A stretch of 64,000 nt of DNA from Rhina ancylostomus (Eukaryota): contig JARFYF010000112.1 in the NCBI GenBank assembly GCA_030265395.1, positions 22,854,633 through 22,918,632 of the forward strand, in the 5' to 3' direction. A model generated the notes under the pieces. It was not told the DNA's origin. It worked only from the letters and a program-made list of their open reading frames with translations, and made no database searches. Positions 12,481-24,606 of the stretch are shown here, in pieces. Position numbers and translations under genes: made by a program. Every line of letters starts with the position of its first letter. Position 1 is the stretch's first letter.

Positions 12481-13874
12481 CAATTTCCCAGGTCAGCTTC
12501 ACCTGTGGAATGCCAACTGGACCTGCTCCAGCCACCCCACACCTCTCCTTTAAAAGATGCAGTACGGCAATAAGCAGTGCTAGCCATTCACAACGCTGGG
12601 TGCTTGCTTAACACCACTATTCCAATCTTTGAATCGAGGGGTTAATGCTGACTTCGTGCTTAGGCCAAGGAAATGACCACATACCACATCGGCAGCACAG
12701 TACCTCTGTGGGACTGAAAAGGTTTGCGGGACAATTGCTTGTTGGAGCTTTTGAGATTTAGTCCCACCAACAGTAGTTTGGTTGTTATTCTTGTATTAAT
12801 TACAAATATGAGATTCAGAACTACATTGATAATTCATGTAACATTTAAATAAAGTCATAATCTGTTGGATTCCTTTTCTCAGATTTGAGCACTAGTCCCT
12901 GAATAGATTATTTTCTCTATCGGGATATCTTTTATGCCCTGTGACTCCTCTACATTTTCAGAAAGATTGTGCAGCTGCAGAAGACTTTGTAGTGGGTATT
13001 CCCCACTCAATGTCATTACGGAAAAGGAGGGGGTATTTACACCCAGACCCACGTTAATCTTCCAGCGACATATAAGAGGCCATTTCCAACATCAAGCACC
13101 AACACTGCAACTGAAAGTGCACACATCCATGCAAACCTCTCTCTTCAGGCTTGTGGTCTTGATTGATGATGATAGAGGGAAAATTACAGGGAGATGGTGC
13201 TGAATGTTACTGGGACTGTGACCAACAGAGGGACTGAAATCATTGAAGATGACAGTATTTTCACATCCAATCTTCCAACACACATGGCAACACCATCCTC
13301 TTCCCAACCCCTATCCTACAATTGCTACTCATTTACAAGTTGCATACAACATTAGCATCCCAACCTGGCTGTGGCTCAACCCCACACATCCATTTCCACC
13401 AGCCCCCCCCCCACCCCGAGAAATTTAAGTTCTGCAAAGCTGAAAGTAAGGATGGCAAATACAGGAAGACAGAGTCACTAGACTTCATAGTTGCATCTAT
13501 CACTCAGATAATGACAGGTAACATGCAGGATGTGGTGAGGCACCAGCCAAGGCAGGAGGAATGGATAACCTAGGTGGCAGCTTGGAGCTGAGTGACATCC
13601 CACATAAGATGAGCTCAGTTCCACAGGCAGCAGAAGGCAGCTGATAAATTTGAACCATGTGATTACAAATTGGGAACTCTGCTAGGTACATATCTACCGT
13701 CAGGAGGCATTGAGGGGCTCTTGTTTGTTGGGGGCTTTGCACTAAAATTTTGGTTATCCTCACTAGCACGCAAATGAAGTTTAGACTGGAAAAGCATGAG
13801 ATCATACTCTGAAGGAAATTCACGCGAAATGGGAGAATATTGAGAAGTATGGAGAAATAGATGGAACTCAGAGT

Positions 13875-14522
13875 GTATGTCCACAGGGCCTTATAGGTAA
13901 CAGGACAAGTTAATAAGGTAGTTAAAAAGGCAAACAGGATACTCCCACTTAGGAAGCAAGAGAGAAGAATATAAGAGCAGGGAGGATATTACAGATTTGT
14001 CTCAACATTAATTTAGGCTGCAACTTGAATATTGTTTATAGTTCCAGTCACTGGACTGCAGGACAATTGTGATTGCATTGGAAAGAGTGCAGAGAAGATT
14101 TACAAAGACATCGGCAAGACTGGGAAATGTTAGGTAAAGGAAAGATTGAACAGGCTGGGTTGTTTCTTTCATACAAAGGAGAATGAGGGAAGACTCAGTT
14201 GAGGTTTATAACATTATGAGGGTGGTCTAGATTAATAGGAGGGACCTATTTCCCACAACAAAGTCACAAATCAAAGTATTAGAGGGAAACGTAGGAAAAT
14301 ATTTTTCATCCAGCGTATAATAGAGGTCTGGTATTCAGTACCCAAATGGATGATAGAGGTATAAACCATCTCCATGTTTCAAAGGTATTCAGATGTGTAT
14401 CTGAGGGGCAGAATAAAGTGTCAGTATCTGGTATTAGGTTGAGTAGCTCCTTTTCTGCAAGCATGGACATGACAGGCTGAATGGCCTGCTTCCGCATCAT
14501 AAATTTTCCACAGGTTCTATGA
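13875..14522 (+). mobile_element. CR1 LINE 3' fragment
   Basis: Decayed QVNKVVKKANRIL...RLQLEYCL.F.S...IALERVQRRFTK, ending GGACATGACAGGCTGAATGGCCTGCTTCC...TTCTATGAT. Confidence 0.8.
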
Positions 14523-14769
14523 TACCCCACTGGCTGATATATGCAACCACTCACAATTTGCTGTCCATTATTGTGTAAAGAGAACTGAGCTGCTGAAGAG
14601 GGTGCTGCTGACTTTCAGTGAAGGAGGCCAAAGATGGCTTTGGAGCACAATCTCCAGCAGCTCATTTCCCTTGTGCAATAACGGACAACAAAATGTGAGT
14701 GCAGCAGCACTGGCCTGGAAGAAGACACATACATAAACGTTAACAGTAATGATTATCTTATCAGGCAAT

Positions 14770-15820
14770 GTAGCCCTTGCCTTGCCCTAATGTTTCTGCA
14801 GCAAGTGGTAGGTTTTTAATTTAGAAGGCATTCCTCTTAGTTGGATTATTCTGCACCACTTGTCCTTTGTGGCGCACTTTATCCACAAGAACACCTTTGA
14901 TCATAAATCAATTAGGCAGTGGTCTGCACAAAATGTCAATAGAGTTCTGCAGGAAAATGAGAATGGTGGGTCCAGTGGGTGATTCCTGTCAAACACTGTT
15001 CGACCTGTCAGANNNNNNNNNNNNNNNNNNNNNNNNNNNNNNNNNNNNNNNNNNNNNNNNNNNNNNNNNNNNNNNNNNNNNNNNNNNNNNNNNNNNNNNN
15101 NNNNNNNNNNNNACACTGTTCGACCTGTCAGAGTCATTTGGCTTATCACCAAGGCTTTCAAATAATCTCCAAGACTTTTCTTACTTGGTGGCAAGAAAGG
15201 CCTTCCCCATCAGCTCTTTCATGTATGTTCACAATATTGGCCACAGCACATTCTGTCCTCCTGGTGGCGCACTGGGAAAGAAACTGCTGCCATTTCCTTC
15301 GAGTCTACACCTTCACCAGGAAGGTCTGGGAAGAAATGCAGTTATTTGTCGAGGTTCCTCCTGAACAACTGCACAACACGTGGCACTGTGCTCTTTTGGC
15401 TCTTCCCAGAGACTCACACTGAGACTAATATCAGCTGCTGCTGGGAAACAATCAACAAGGTAAAAGACACCTTCTGGGCTGCCTGAAACTCACTGGTATT
15501 CCAGAGCAAGGTGTAAACTAGTGCGCTCTAAGGACTGGGATTAAATGGTGAGGGATATGCTGGTGACAGGTGCAGCCGTGCGAAGGCTCTTTGGAGAAGG
15601 ATCACAGTTTAGAGCCCTCCCACCATTGCACAGCAATTATTTGTAAACTGCGTCAAACACCCCTGAACTATTTGTTCAATGGTTCTATATAAATTACAGT
15701 TGATGACGTGCCAATGTTAAGTAATAGGAGTAACATGACTTGTGAAGAAAATGTTGACTGAAAGTTTCTGTCATAAACGTATTTCAAATTTTTATGAATA
15801 ATTTTTGAAATTAAAAATAA
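14770..15820 (+). mobile_element. Tx1/L1-clade LINE ORF2 C-terminal remnant, copy 1
   Basis: Decayed KNTFDHKSIRQWSAQNV...LSNNLQDFSYLVARKAFPISSF..CP...RKVWEEMQ...LFPETHTETNISCCWETINKVKDTFWAA, around the C-terminal zinc-finger region, then an A-rich end. Confidence 0.65.
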
Positions 15821-15899
15821 ATACTTTATGTCCAACATTGCAAAACAAAGGTCTGGCCATGTTGACCTGGAAAATCCAGTTTTGTTGAATAGCCTTCAA

Positions 15900-16860
15900 A
15901 GGCCTGCAGAATACTTCTGACCACCAGTCAATCAGGCAGTGTTCTCTACAGAATGTCCTTGAGGGCCTGAGAGAACATGGATCTTTACTGGTGGTTTCCA
16001 AAACAGACTGTCAAAGACATTCGGCAGAATGCTTCTTCACCAGAACTTTCAATCAAACACCAAGATCTTGCACAGCTGACAGAAGGGCAGTCTCCACCAG
16101 ATCCTGCGTGTGCAGCCCGAGTCTCATTACCATTGCACGCTGCCGTTGGGATAACAGCAGCAGGAGGATAACATCATCCATCATCTTCTGGACTATATGA
16201 TTGGCAAGAAGGCCTGGGGTGAAGAAGGGGTGAAGAAGGGGTGAAGAAGGGATGAAGAAGGGATGAAGAAGGGATGAAGAAGGGATGAAGAAGGGATGAA
16301 GAAGGGATGAAGAAGGGANNNNNNNNNNNNNNNNNNNNNNNNNNNNNNNNNNNNNNNNNNNNNNNNNNNNNNNNNNNNNNNNNNNNNNNNNNNNNNNNNN
16401 NNNNNNNNNNNNNNNNNNGAAGGGATGAAGAAGGGATGAAGAAGGGATGAAGTGACCTTTGCTGAGTTTGACCCTAAACAGTTATATAACACAGGACTCT
16501 GTTTTACAGACTGTTGCCCAGGATGCACACTGAAACAAATATCAACCGCTAGAAAATCATCAACATTGCAAAAGACACTCCCTGCTCTGCCCAAAACTTA
16601 CTGATATTCCAGTAGAAGACACTGTGCATGATCAAATCCTACAGACCACCACATTCTAAGGTACAGGACTTTGTGCTGAAGGATACAGCTGCCATAAAGC
16701 ACACTGAGGAGCTAAAACTTGCAGAAAAACTCTTGGAACTGTTTGTTCAAGGAATGCATGTAAAGGATGGTGTTGTAATATAAACAGAATGATTTGGCAT
16801 ATATATATATATATATTGAAAGTTCCATGAATAAAATAATATATCTGAAATTTCAAAAAT
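15900..16860 (+). mobile_element. Tx1/L1-clade LINE ORF2 C-terminal remnant, copy 2
   Basis: QNTSDHQSIRQCSLQNVLEGLRE, WFPKQTVKDIRQNASSPELSIKHQDLA, and after the microsatellite TQDSVL..HTETNIN..KIIN. Collinear with copy 1. Confidence 0.65.
16216..16451. repeat. 11-bp tandem repeat (GAAGAAGGGAT)n spanning a gap
   Basis: Units GAAGAAGGGGT then GAAGAAGGGAT are directly visible on both sides of a 100-N gap. True length is unknown. Confidence 0.95.
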
Positions 16861-18057
16861 TACTTCAGTGAGATACCCATTTCTTCTTACAGATTCAAGT
16901 AGAGACACTGCCCATCTTATCCTCCTTTCATCCCTCCTTATCTCTCTTCCAGCAGCTTGTTTGTGCAATTGTTATATTTTTGTTAAGATATTGCATCCAT
17001 TTTTAAAAAAAAATCCATGTAGTTCCCTTTTAAGAATTCCATGTATAGATTGAAGCACATGAAACAGCTCAGGCGAGGCAACAAAGAAGCAGCCTTGCCT
17101 CCATTTTATTGAGCAGCACTGTGTATGTTTAAACACAAATAAAAAAGCTAAATCATCCTGTTCTGCATGTCCATGGCTTATTCTCTCAGTCACATTATAC
17201 TGTCCGGGAAGTGGTTACTAATGCATTCACTTCTGAGAGCAAATATTTCTGAAAGGGACCAAGATAAGCAAAAGCTGTTCCGGTATATTTTACACTATTC
17301 ACAACTGGCTTCTGCAGTTCGAACCAACTCTTAAAAGTGCCAATCACTTGTAGATTCACATCCAGTAGAAATCAACCATTTACTAATGTTTAGGCTGTTA
17401 TTAACGTATTTAACGGTGCCAAAGGTCCTTCCCACTGTTTCATGTGTGCTCAGTTGTATGTGTCTGAGTGAGGGTGTTAGCTGAAGTGTTAGATTCCAAA
17501 ATAGTTTCAAATTCCTGGCATTAAATGAGTATTTCACACTGATTGACACCACACTTGCTCTGTTTATGTTTGGTGGGCATTCATCACCTAACATCAATCT
17601 CTATTACTCATAACAATCATTTGCCTCATCACACCCCTCATGTACTTAAAACTACTGCAATTTTATTTGTTTTGAAGTGTGGATTTATCTCACAACTCTG
17701 AGCTATCAACCACATTGCAACACACTCAATGATGCACTTTCCTCCTGTCTTTCAGGAAGAGATGGCACAACATTTGCACATGCAGCAGCTGATTGGTGCT
17801 GTAACCCCCATGTCCATTATAGAAGTGGTTTCGAGCAGTGAATGTTGCCAGTAACTGGAGTGACTCCTCCAAGATCCATGGCCAGACAGCACAAAGGTCA
17901 TTGCAGGGATACTCATGCATAATCTGTCATTTAATTATCCCTTCCTTTTTTTTCTGGTAGAGATGGTGTGGGGATGCAGACTGTACTTGCCCCCTCCCCT
18001 CACATTTCCGTTCTTTCATTTTTTTTATCCTTGGAAAATAACCTCACACTTTAGTAG

Positions 18058-18185
18058 AAATAAAACTGCAGATGCTGGAACCTAATACAAAACCAGAAAT
18101 GCTGGATGATCTCAGCAGTTAAACAGCATCTGTGGAAAGAGAAACCAGTCAACATTTTGGTTTAGGGACTCTTCCTTAGAACTGG
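18058..18185 (-). mobile_element. PLE terminal fragment
   Basis: ACTGCAGATGCTGGAACC...AATGCTGGATGATCTCAGCAG...CAGCATCTGTGGAAAGAGAAAC, with a decayed hammerhead region. Confidence 0.7.
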
Positions 18186-18687
18186 GGGAAGAGTGGAGGG
18201 ATGTCAAGGACCAGAAAACAAAATGAAACTCTAAGAAAAACAACAATTAATCTAACAAAATAAATACGGTACTGTTTTTAACAGTACAGAATGGTTCTGC
18301 TGAATCTGGGTTGGACTCAGCTATTGCAAAGCACATTGATCAGAATCTTCAAGTGAGTCTGATGTGATGTCTGTTTGATTTAAAAGCATGAAGTAAGGAC
18401 TACTTTCTTGGACTTAGTTCTTCTGTGAACAGTAACTTCAGTGTTTAAGCAGGGAATGACCCATAACCTATGTTCTTAAATCTGGATCAATGGATCACCC
18501 AAAGAACTAAAAGGTTAACTGTGTCCTCACATTGTTTTACCAAGGTTTAGGGGTGAATACAAAGGGAGTTGGTTTATTTTACTGATGACTATCAATGTAA
18601 TCATCCTAAATATCTTTCACACTCCCCCGCTTCTTCCTGAAAAACACAAAAAATTAAAGCGCAAACACTCACAAAATGTGCAAATTA

Positions 18688-18890
18688 AAATAAAAACTGC
18701 AGATGCTGGAAATTTGAATAAAAGCAGAAAATGCTGGAAACACTCAGCAGGTCAGGCAACATTACAGAAAAAGAGTTAGCATTTCAGGACGGAGAACTTC
18801 CGCCAAAATTGGGTAAAAAGAAATAATAAAAGCATATTTAAACTTGCAGAGAAGATGGTGAGAGAAATAGATAGGACAATGAGAATATCT
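18688..18890 (-). mobile_element. PLE terminal fragment
   Basis: ACTGCAGATGCTGGAAATTTGAATAAAAGCAGAAAATGCTGGAAACACTCAGCAGGTCAGGCAACAT...GAGTTAGCATTTCAGG. Confidence 0.7.
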
Positions 18891-21641
18891 GGATAACTCA
18901 TAAAGTATGCTTTTATTCCTCTTCATGTCATCTTTTGCTTAGGAAAAGGAATACAGTAATAGCAAGCTCAGGCTAAGACTTGACATATCAAAGCATTTAC
19001 TAGACCTGACTGGTTCAGAACATGGCCTTTTTTTCCCTCATTTTTGTTCATCTGAAAAATGTCACCAGACTGCCTTGGATGCTACCACTGAACTCAAATA
19101 AATAGAGTACACTTAACCAGAATAGATTGAAAAAAAATCACAGAAATCTCCAAACTCACTCCCATTATCTGAAATGAACTGAATCTTGCACTCTATTTGG
19201 ATCAGAACCAATCTCTTCAGTCCTAATGAACTTTGAAGTTAACCCCTTGCGCACAAAGATTACCCTAAGAATATTACATTTCACATGTCACAACAAAGAT
19301 TCCCTCGCAGAGGCATTATCAGATATGTGACTTAATATGTAAGCCTTTGAGGCATTTTTTTCATCTACACAGATAATGGCATGACTGAAATATGTTTAAT
19401 CACTCACCCTGTCATTCATTCATTGTAGAATGAGGCACTTTCCTAACCATATCAAATGGTTAGCATATGCTACTAGAGTTAAGTATGTGCATTTTATTTG
19501 CTGCTTTAGATTTGTGTTGCATAATATCAGGGAAACACACACCTTCAGCCTGACAGAGTAATAACATCAGAAGTTCCTCATCTATTGTTGTTATGTACAA
19601 TCTGTTCTGTTACACATTTCCAAAGTACAAAGCTGTAGACTCAAATTTCAGAAGAGCATGTGCAGAAAACAAGAGTTATTGTGATATTTGGCTCTCATAT
19701 AAAATTTGTTTTAAGTCCCTGCATGGCGACATATCCTTAGCTGACGAAGATAATTTTTTTCAAAGAGAACATATGCTCTGAAATGAAATGAAGGAGGGTG
19801 GAGAGTATAAAACAGCAAATGGCAAGGTACATAAATATAACAGACCGTGCTGTGTTACGCAGTCTAGATCATGGCTCTGGCCAAAGCCCATCTACCACGA
19901 GAGAAAGTGTAAAGTAATGTGAAAATCCCTGATTTATTTTGGTGCACTGCTTTAGAAAATGTCAGATAAATAGGAGCTGCACACCGAGGCTACATCTAAG
20001 GTGCTTTCTTTACATTCCCTGCGATATGGAATGGCATATGGGGAATTCATTCAGTATAGATCAGTCAGGCAGTCAGAACACCACAGACTTTAACAACCTG
20101 CTCAGCCCGACACTGCTCTGTTTAAAGTCTAAGCCGGGGCCTTGGCCCATCAAGGCCACCTATTCAATTATTGACAGCAATTCACTGCAGTGTAAAGTTA
20201 AAGAATTCCATTGCCTCAGCTCAATATAGATGAAATGTCTGCTGCAGATGAAGACTGCATGAAAAATATTTGAAGTAGCATGCATTGTATGATATTGAAC
20301 TTAAATTGAATAGAAGCTAGCGCAAAGAAAACATGAAATTTACTGTGTAATTTTACATGTAATTAGTAATTGGCAACCAACTGTAATACTTCTTCCAGCA
20401 GTCACCTTGTAACCATGGTGAAAGATCTTTATGCTTCAATTATAGATTTACTGTTAGTTTATTAGTTTCCAGTTATGATGCTATTAATGCAACTTCATCC
20501 TCCAGTCTGTTTCTGAATCAGTATGACAACAGAGACATATGTGTCGTGTGTGGGGGTGGGAGTGTGGTGTGCAGCAAAATCTGGAATCACAGGAAAGCCT
20601 GAGGGTCCCGACAATGATGCACAGCATTATTAGAACTTGTTGGCTCAGGTCACTACCTGGAGATGTCAGATTGAGAGGGTGGCCAGTGTGTGCAGGAGAG
20701 CCTGGTGCAGAAGGATGTTGCTGGATAATGGAGAGCAGGGCGAAAGGAACATCAGTGGGGGAAAAGTGATCACTGGGAGGGAAGAAATTGTGGAGACAGG
20801 AGGAGAGCGATAACAACTGGGTGGCTTCTGCATTGGTGGTCAATCTACAAAGCTAGTTTTCCATCTGGTTACAAAATTGAAAATCTCCCCTGGCATTATG
20901 TTTAATAAAATTGAGGAATGTTTTGAAAAGTTTTGAAGCTTTTAGCAGCACCTAAAAGCCAATCAAAACACATCATTCACTAAGTTCAGCAAAGCCTGCC
21001 AACCATGATTAGACTCGTGTGAAGCTGGGTCAATTTACGTGATTGAAGATATAAACTCTGAGGTGAGTCCCTTTGTGAATCTGCCTGGCTTCAATCATCA
21101 TTGTTTACAATCAAAATTAGTACTATAATTAATTCTAATAAACGTAAATGTGCTGTTGTTATTGATGTAAATGCTTAACTTCCTTTTAGTTCCATTAATG
21201 CCATTTGTATCATTGTGCAATGTGTCATTAACATTTTTAGAGGAAGCTAATGTAATATCTTCAGCTAAGAATGTTTTTAATTTCTGCAAGTGAAAACATT
21301 AATCAGTAGAGGCTGTAGAGACAATATTCAATCCCAGTTTACAGCATGGGTATCCATTTTATACCTCGGCCAATTTTCTTTTCTTTTCATTTCAAGGGAA
21401 AAGATTTTTGAGCAAGGTGCATGACAGGCAGTTAATCCACGACTGCCTGTTTTGTTCCTTCACTCGCAGTGCCACATACAAAGGCATTGGAATTGGCCAT
21501 TGTTTGCTCCACATCGTGAATGATGGCATGAAATTCATGATATCTTCAAACTTAATCTCCAGAAAAGGAGATACTGTTGCAACACATACAAAATGCTGGA
21601 GGAACTCAGCAGGTCAGGCAGCACGAACGCAGGGAAATAAA

Positions 21642-21679
21642 TAGTTGACGTTTCGGGCCACGACCCTTTATCAGGACTG
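21642..21679 (-). ncRNA. Minimal type-I hammerhead ribozyme motif, one core mismatch, probably inactive
   Basis: Minus strand reads CAGUC-CUGAUAA-A-GGGUC-GU-GGCCC-GAAAC-GUC-AACUA: CUGANGA-like box (G8 to A), stem II, GAAA, NUH=GUC and a partial stem I. Confidence 0.55.
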
Positions 21680-21854
21680 GAAAGAAAGAGGGCAGAAGCA
21701 AGAATGTAAGGAGTGGATGGTGGGGGGGATTAGGGAGTAGCATGAGCTGGCAGAAGATAGGCAAATACAGGTGTGGGTGGAGGGGAGGGTATGTAGGTGG
21801 GGAAGTAGGGGGATGTGAGAAACTGGGAGGTGATAGGTGGAAGAGGCAAAGGGC

Positions 21855-22292
21855 ACATTGAATTCTCCCACTAAGTAATCCCCCCCCCATTCCCCACAAC
21901 CCCCCNNNNNNNNNNNNNNNNNNNNNNNNNNNNNNNNNNNNNNNNNNNNNNNNNNNNNNNNNNNNNNNNNNNNNNNNNNNNNNNNNNNNNNNNNNNNNNN
22001 NNNNNNNNNNNNNNNNNNNNNNNNNNNNNNNNNNNNNNNNNNNNNNNNNNNNNNNNNNNNNNNNNNNNNNNNNNNNNNNNNNNNNNNNNNNNNNNNNNNN
22101 NNNNNNNNNNNNNNNNNNNNNNNNNNNNNNNNNNNNNNNNNNNNNNNNNNNNNNNNNNNNNNNNNNNNNNNNNNNNNNNNNNNNNNNNNNNNNNNNNNNN
22201 NNNNNNNNNNNNNGATGCTGCCTGGCCTGCTGAGTTCCTCCAGCATCATTGTGTTTTTCATCTAGATTCCAGCATCTGCAGTCCTTTGTCTC
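21855..22292 (+). mobile_element. 5'-truncated PLE nested in the previous copy (mostly gap)
   Basis: Starts ACATTGAATTCTCC (IEFS, like the end of the PLE ORF), C-rich UTR, gap, then GATGCTGCCTGGCCTGCTGAGTTCCTCCAGCATC...TAGATTCCAGCATCTGCAGTCCTTTGTCTCT. Confidence 0.65.
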
Positions 22293-23589
22293 TAAAGAGT
22301 TGAACAAGATGGAATCTGATAGGAGAGGACAGTGGACCATTGAATAAAGGGAAGGAAGGAAGAAAGGGAGATACTGTTGCAGAGATTTCAAAAATAATTT
22401 TAGCATTGACTTTTCTTATTTATTCTGGATATCTAAGTTTTTATATATCCCTCTGGATTGATGCTAAAGAAACCTTTGACTGAAACCCATTTGCAAATGC
22501 ATCACTCTCGTGGCTTTCCCTTGTTCTTGTTATTTAATGGAGGTTTATTTTGTCTTGTCTTATCTTCATTGGTAGTTTACATAGCTTCAGGCAATCAACA
22601 TTGTTTGTTTAACAGTGATTTGTTACCCTGTTATGAATGATATTTGACCCAATGAAACAAATCTGACTGACAATGTGACATACAAGTTGAAGTGTGAGGG
22701 ACATGCACTAGATGAAAGACTTTTAATTATATGGATAGCATTCATCACTAGTAAAGCTCCTTGTCACAACAACACTCAACTGGGATGCCTATACGTTGTA
22801 CATGGATGGAAATTGATACATACTGAATGGAAGTTATAGATACACAGTCCATGAGTATGAATGAAAAACTGTACTGTTACACCATTTACACTGAATCTTG
22901 TCAGGCAGATGATGGTGCTCTATATATCTGGGTTTGATATCACAGGCCAGTCTCCCGCACTGAATATTCTTCAGGCAGTAGAGAGGTTAACAATGGGAGA
23001 CCATTTTTCCCAGATAGTTTAAATGCTAAACAATCTGTAAAGAAGTCAAAATGATGTGTTAAACTCAAACACCAGTTACTCCTATATTTATCACAAGATG
23101 TCATCTTTGTAAAGGAGTTTAAGTTTGTGCGAGGAACTGCCCAGAAGATCATTAAGCAGCTGATTGTCACTTAACTTGCCTGCTAGCACTCACTTAGGAG
23201 ACTGTATCACATAACCTAACATCCATTCCAACCAGTATTTTTCTTGAAGGGACTTCGCCTTTTGTTCAATTCTCGCTGGAGATTAGTAAAGACCTTTGAA
23301 ACACACTAGGGGCAGTTCTTCAACAGCTCTCAATATAGTTATTCTGGAACTTCTCTGAAGATTTCACCTCCAAACAATGAAAGCTGTGCTATTCCAGCTT
23401 ATTGGACACTTTATGAATGTCATCAGTTGAAAGGGGAGTGCAGCTAGCTGGGCAGAGGGGAGGAGAAATGAAGGCCCAACAAAGGGTCACCAGCTGCTGC
23501 CAGAGAGAGGGAAGGGTACACAAGGTGGACCCCTACCTCTCTGTGGGTTTGACCCCAAGCTGCATTGGAAGTGAGTGCATGGCACTTAA

Positions 23590-23680
23590 ATTCATAGAGT
23601 TTGTAAAGTTGTATCGAAATGGGCCCTTCTGCCCATTGCACCTGCACTGACCTTTTTGCCCATCTACGCCAATACCCTTT
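23590..23680 (-). mobile_element. CR1/HE1-type 3' tail
   Basis: CATAGAGTT...GAAATGGGCCCTTCTGCCCATTGCACCTGCACTGACC is the reverse complement of the shared tail. Confidence 0.55.
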
Positions 23681-23710
23681 GTGGCTTCGTTCCACACCCA
23701 TTTATGCCTT

Positions 23711-23780
23711 GAGTCCTGATTAAAGGTCTCGACCTGAAACATTGACTGTTTATTTCTCTCCATAGATGTTGCCTCGTCAG
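23711..23780 (+). mobile_element. PLE terminal fragment starting at a decayed hammerhead
   Basis: AGTC-CTGATTA-A-AGGTC-TC-GACCT-GAAAC-ATT-GACT followed by GTTTATTTCTCTCCATAGATGTTGCC. Confidence 0.65.
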
Positions 23781-24606
23781 GAATGTAAGGTCTTGGACCA
23801 TACCTATCTGCAGTTGGGCCACTGTGGAACTGCAAAATTCAGTTATAAACTAATTTCATAAAGGGGCCTAAAAACGGCACTCAGTCCCTTAGTAGCATTA
23901 TTAAAGAGGCCCAACACTTGTTTTAGATTGAATCCTTTGCAAGGTGTTGCATTGATTTGCTATGCTGTTTGGATTTGGGAAACTGAACCCCACCTACACT
24001 CCATAATGTCCAGTTTATTGCTAACTGGCAACATAAGTGGAATAAAGCGTAAATCAAAAATGTTTTCAAATACTGGCCAACAATTATTTGGTATTTAATG
24101 CTCCTTTAAGGATATATTGTGTTCTAGAAATGGATCAATAAATATTAACAAAAAGCTGAGTCAAAAAATCTGTTTGCTGTTATTCAATCTCATTAGGGCT
24201 GAACTTCAACAGCTGCACGGTCAAACTAAAAAATGAGAATTTTACTCCAGGTCACACACTGATAGTGAGATTAATGAGACGGGAGGAGATTTCAAAGGGT
24301 CATCAAAGTAGTGACTGGTTAATATCGCAGACAAATGGTGGTGGTTGCTTTATAGAAGGTTGGCAACTGGAAAACATTGAAATGGCAATAATTTGAGTCC
24401 AAGAAAATAATATTGCTTCTGAGATTAATTTTCATGTGCAAAATTAAAGATGAGAATCAGCTAAAATATTCAGCAAACCAACCAAAGTGNNNNNNNNNNN
24501 NNNNNNNNNNNNNNNNNNNNNNNNNNNNNNNNNNNNNNNNNNNNNNNNNNNNNNNNNNNNNNNNNNNNNNNNNNNNNNNNNNNNNNNNNAATTTTCCTGT
24601 GCAATA

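Larger units (their letters stand above)
21579..22370 (-). mobile_element. PLE terminal repeat and purine-rich UTR, split by a second PLE
   Basis: AAATGCTGGAGGAACTCAGCAGGTCAGGCAGCA...GACGTTTCGGGCCACGACCCTTTATCAGGACTGG, then a G-rich UTR to about 21854 that resumes at about 22294 (GGAATCTGATAGGAGAGGACAGTGGACCAT). Confidence 0.7.

Noticed and set aside
14993-15132. Direct repeat ACACTGTTCGACCTGTCAGA around a gap
   Set aside because: Same overlap artefact. The Tx1 sequence reads through once it is collapsed.
19460-19471. Palindrome TAGCATATGCTA resembling an EBNA1 site core
   Set aside because: Single short palindrome with no viral context, expected by chance.
20530-20870. Possible Harbinger transposase relic (GFP-like motif on the minus strand)
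   Set aside because: Similarity too weak to support by eye.
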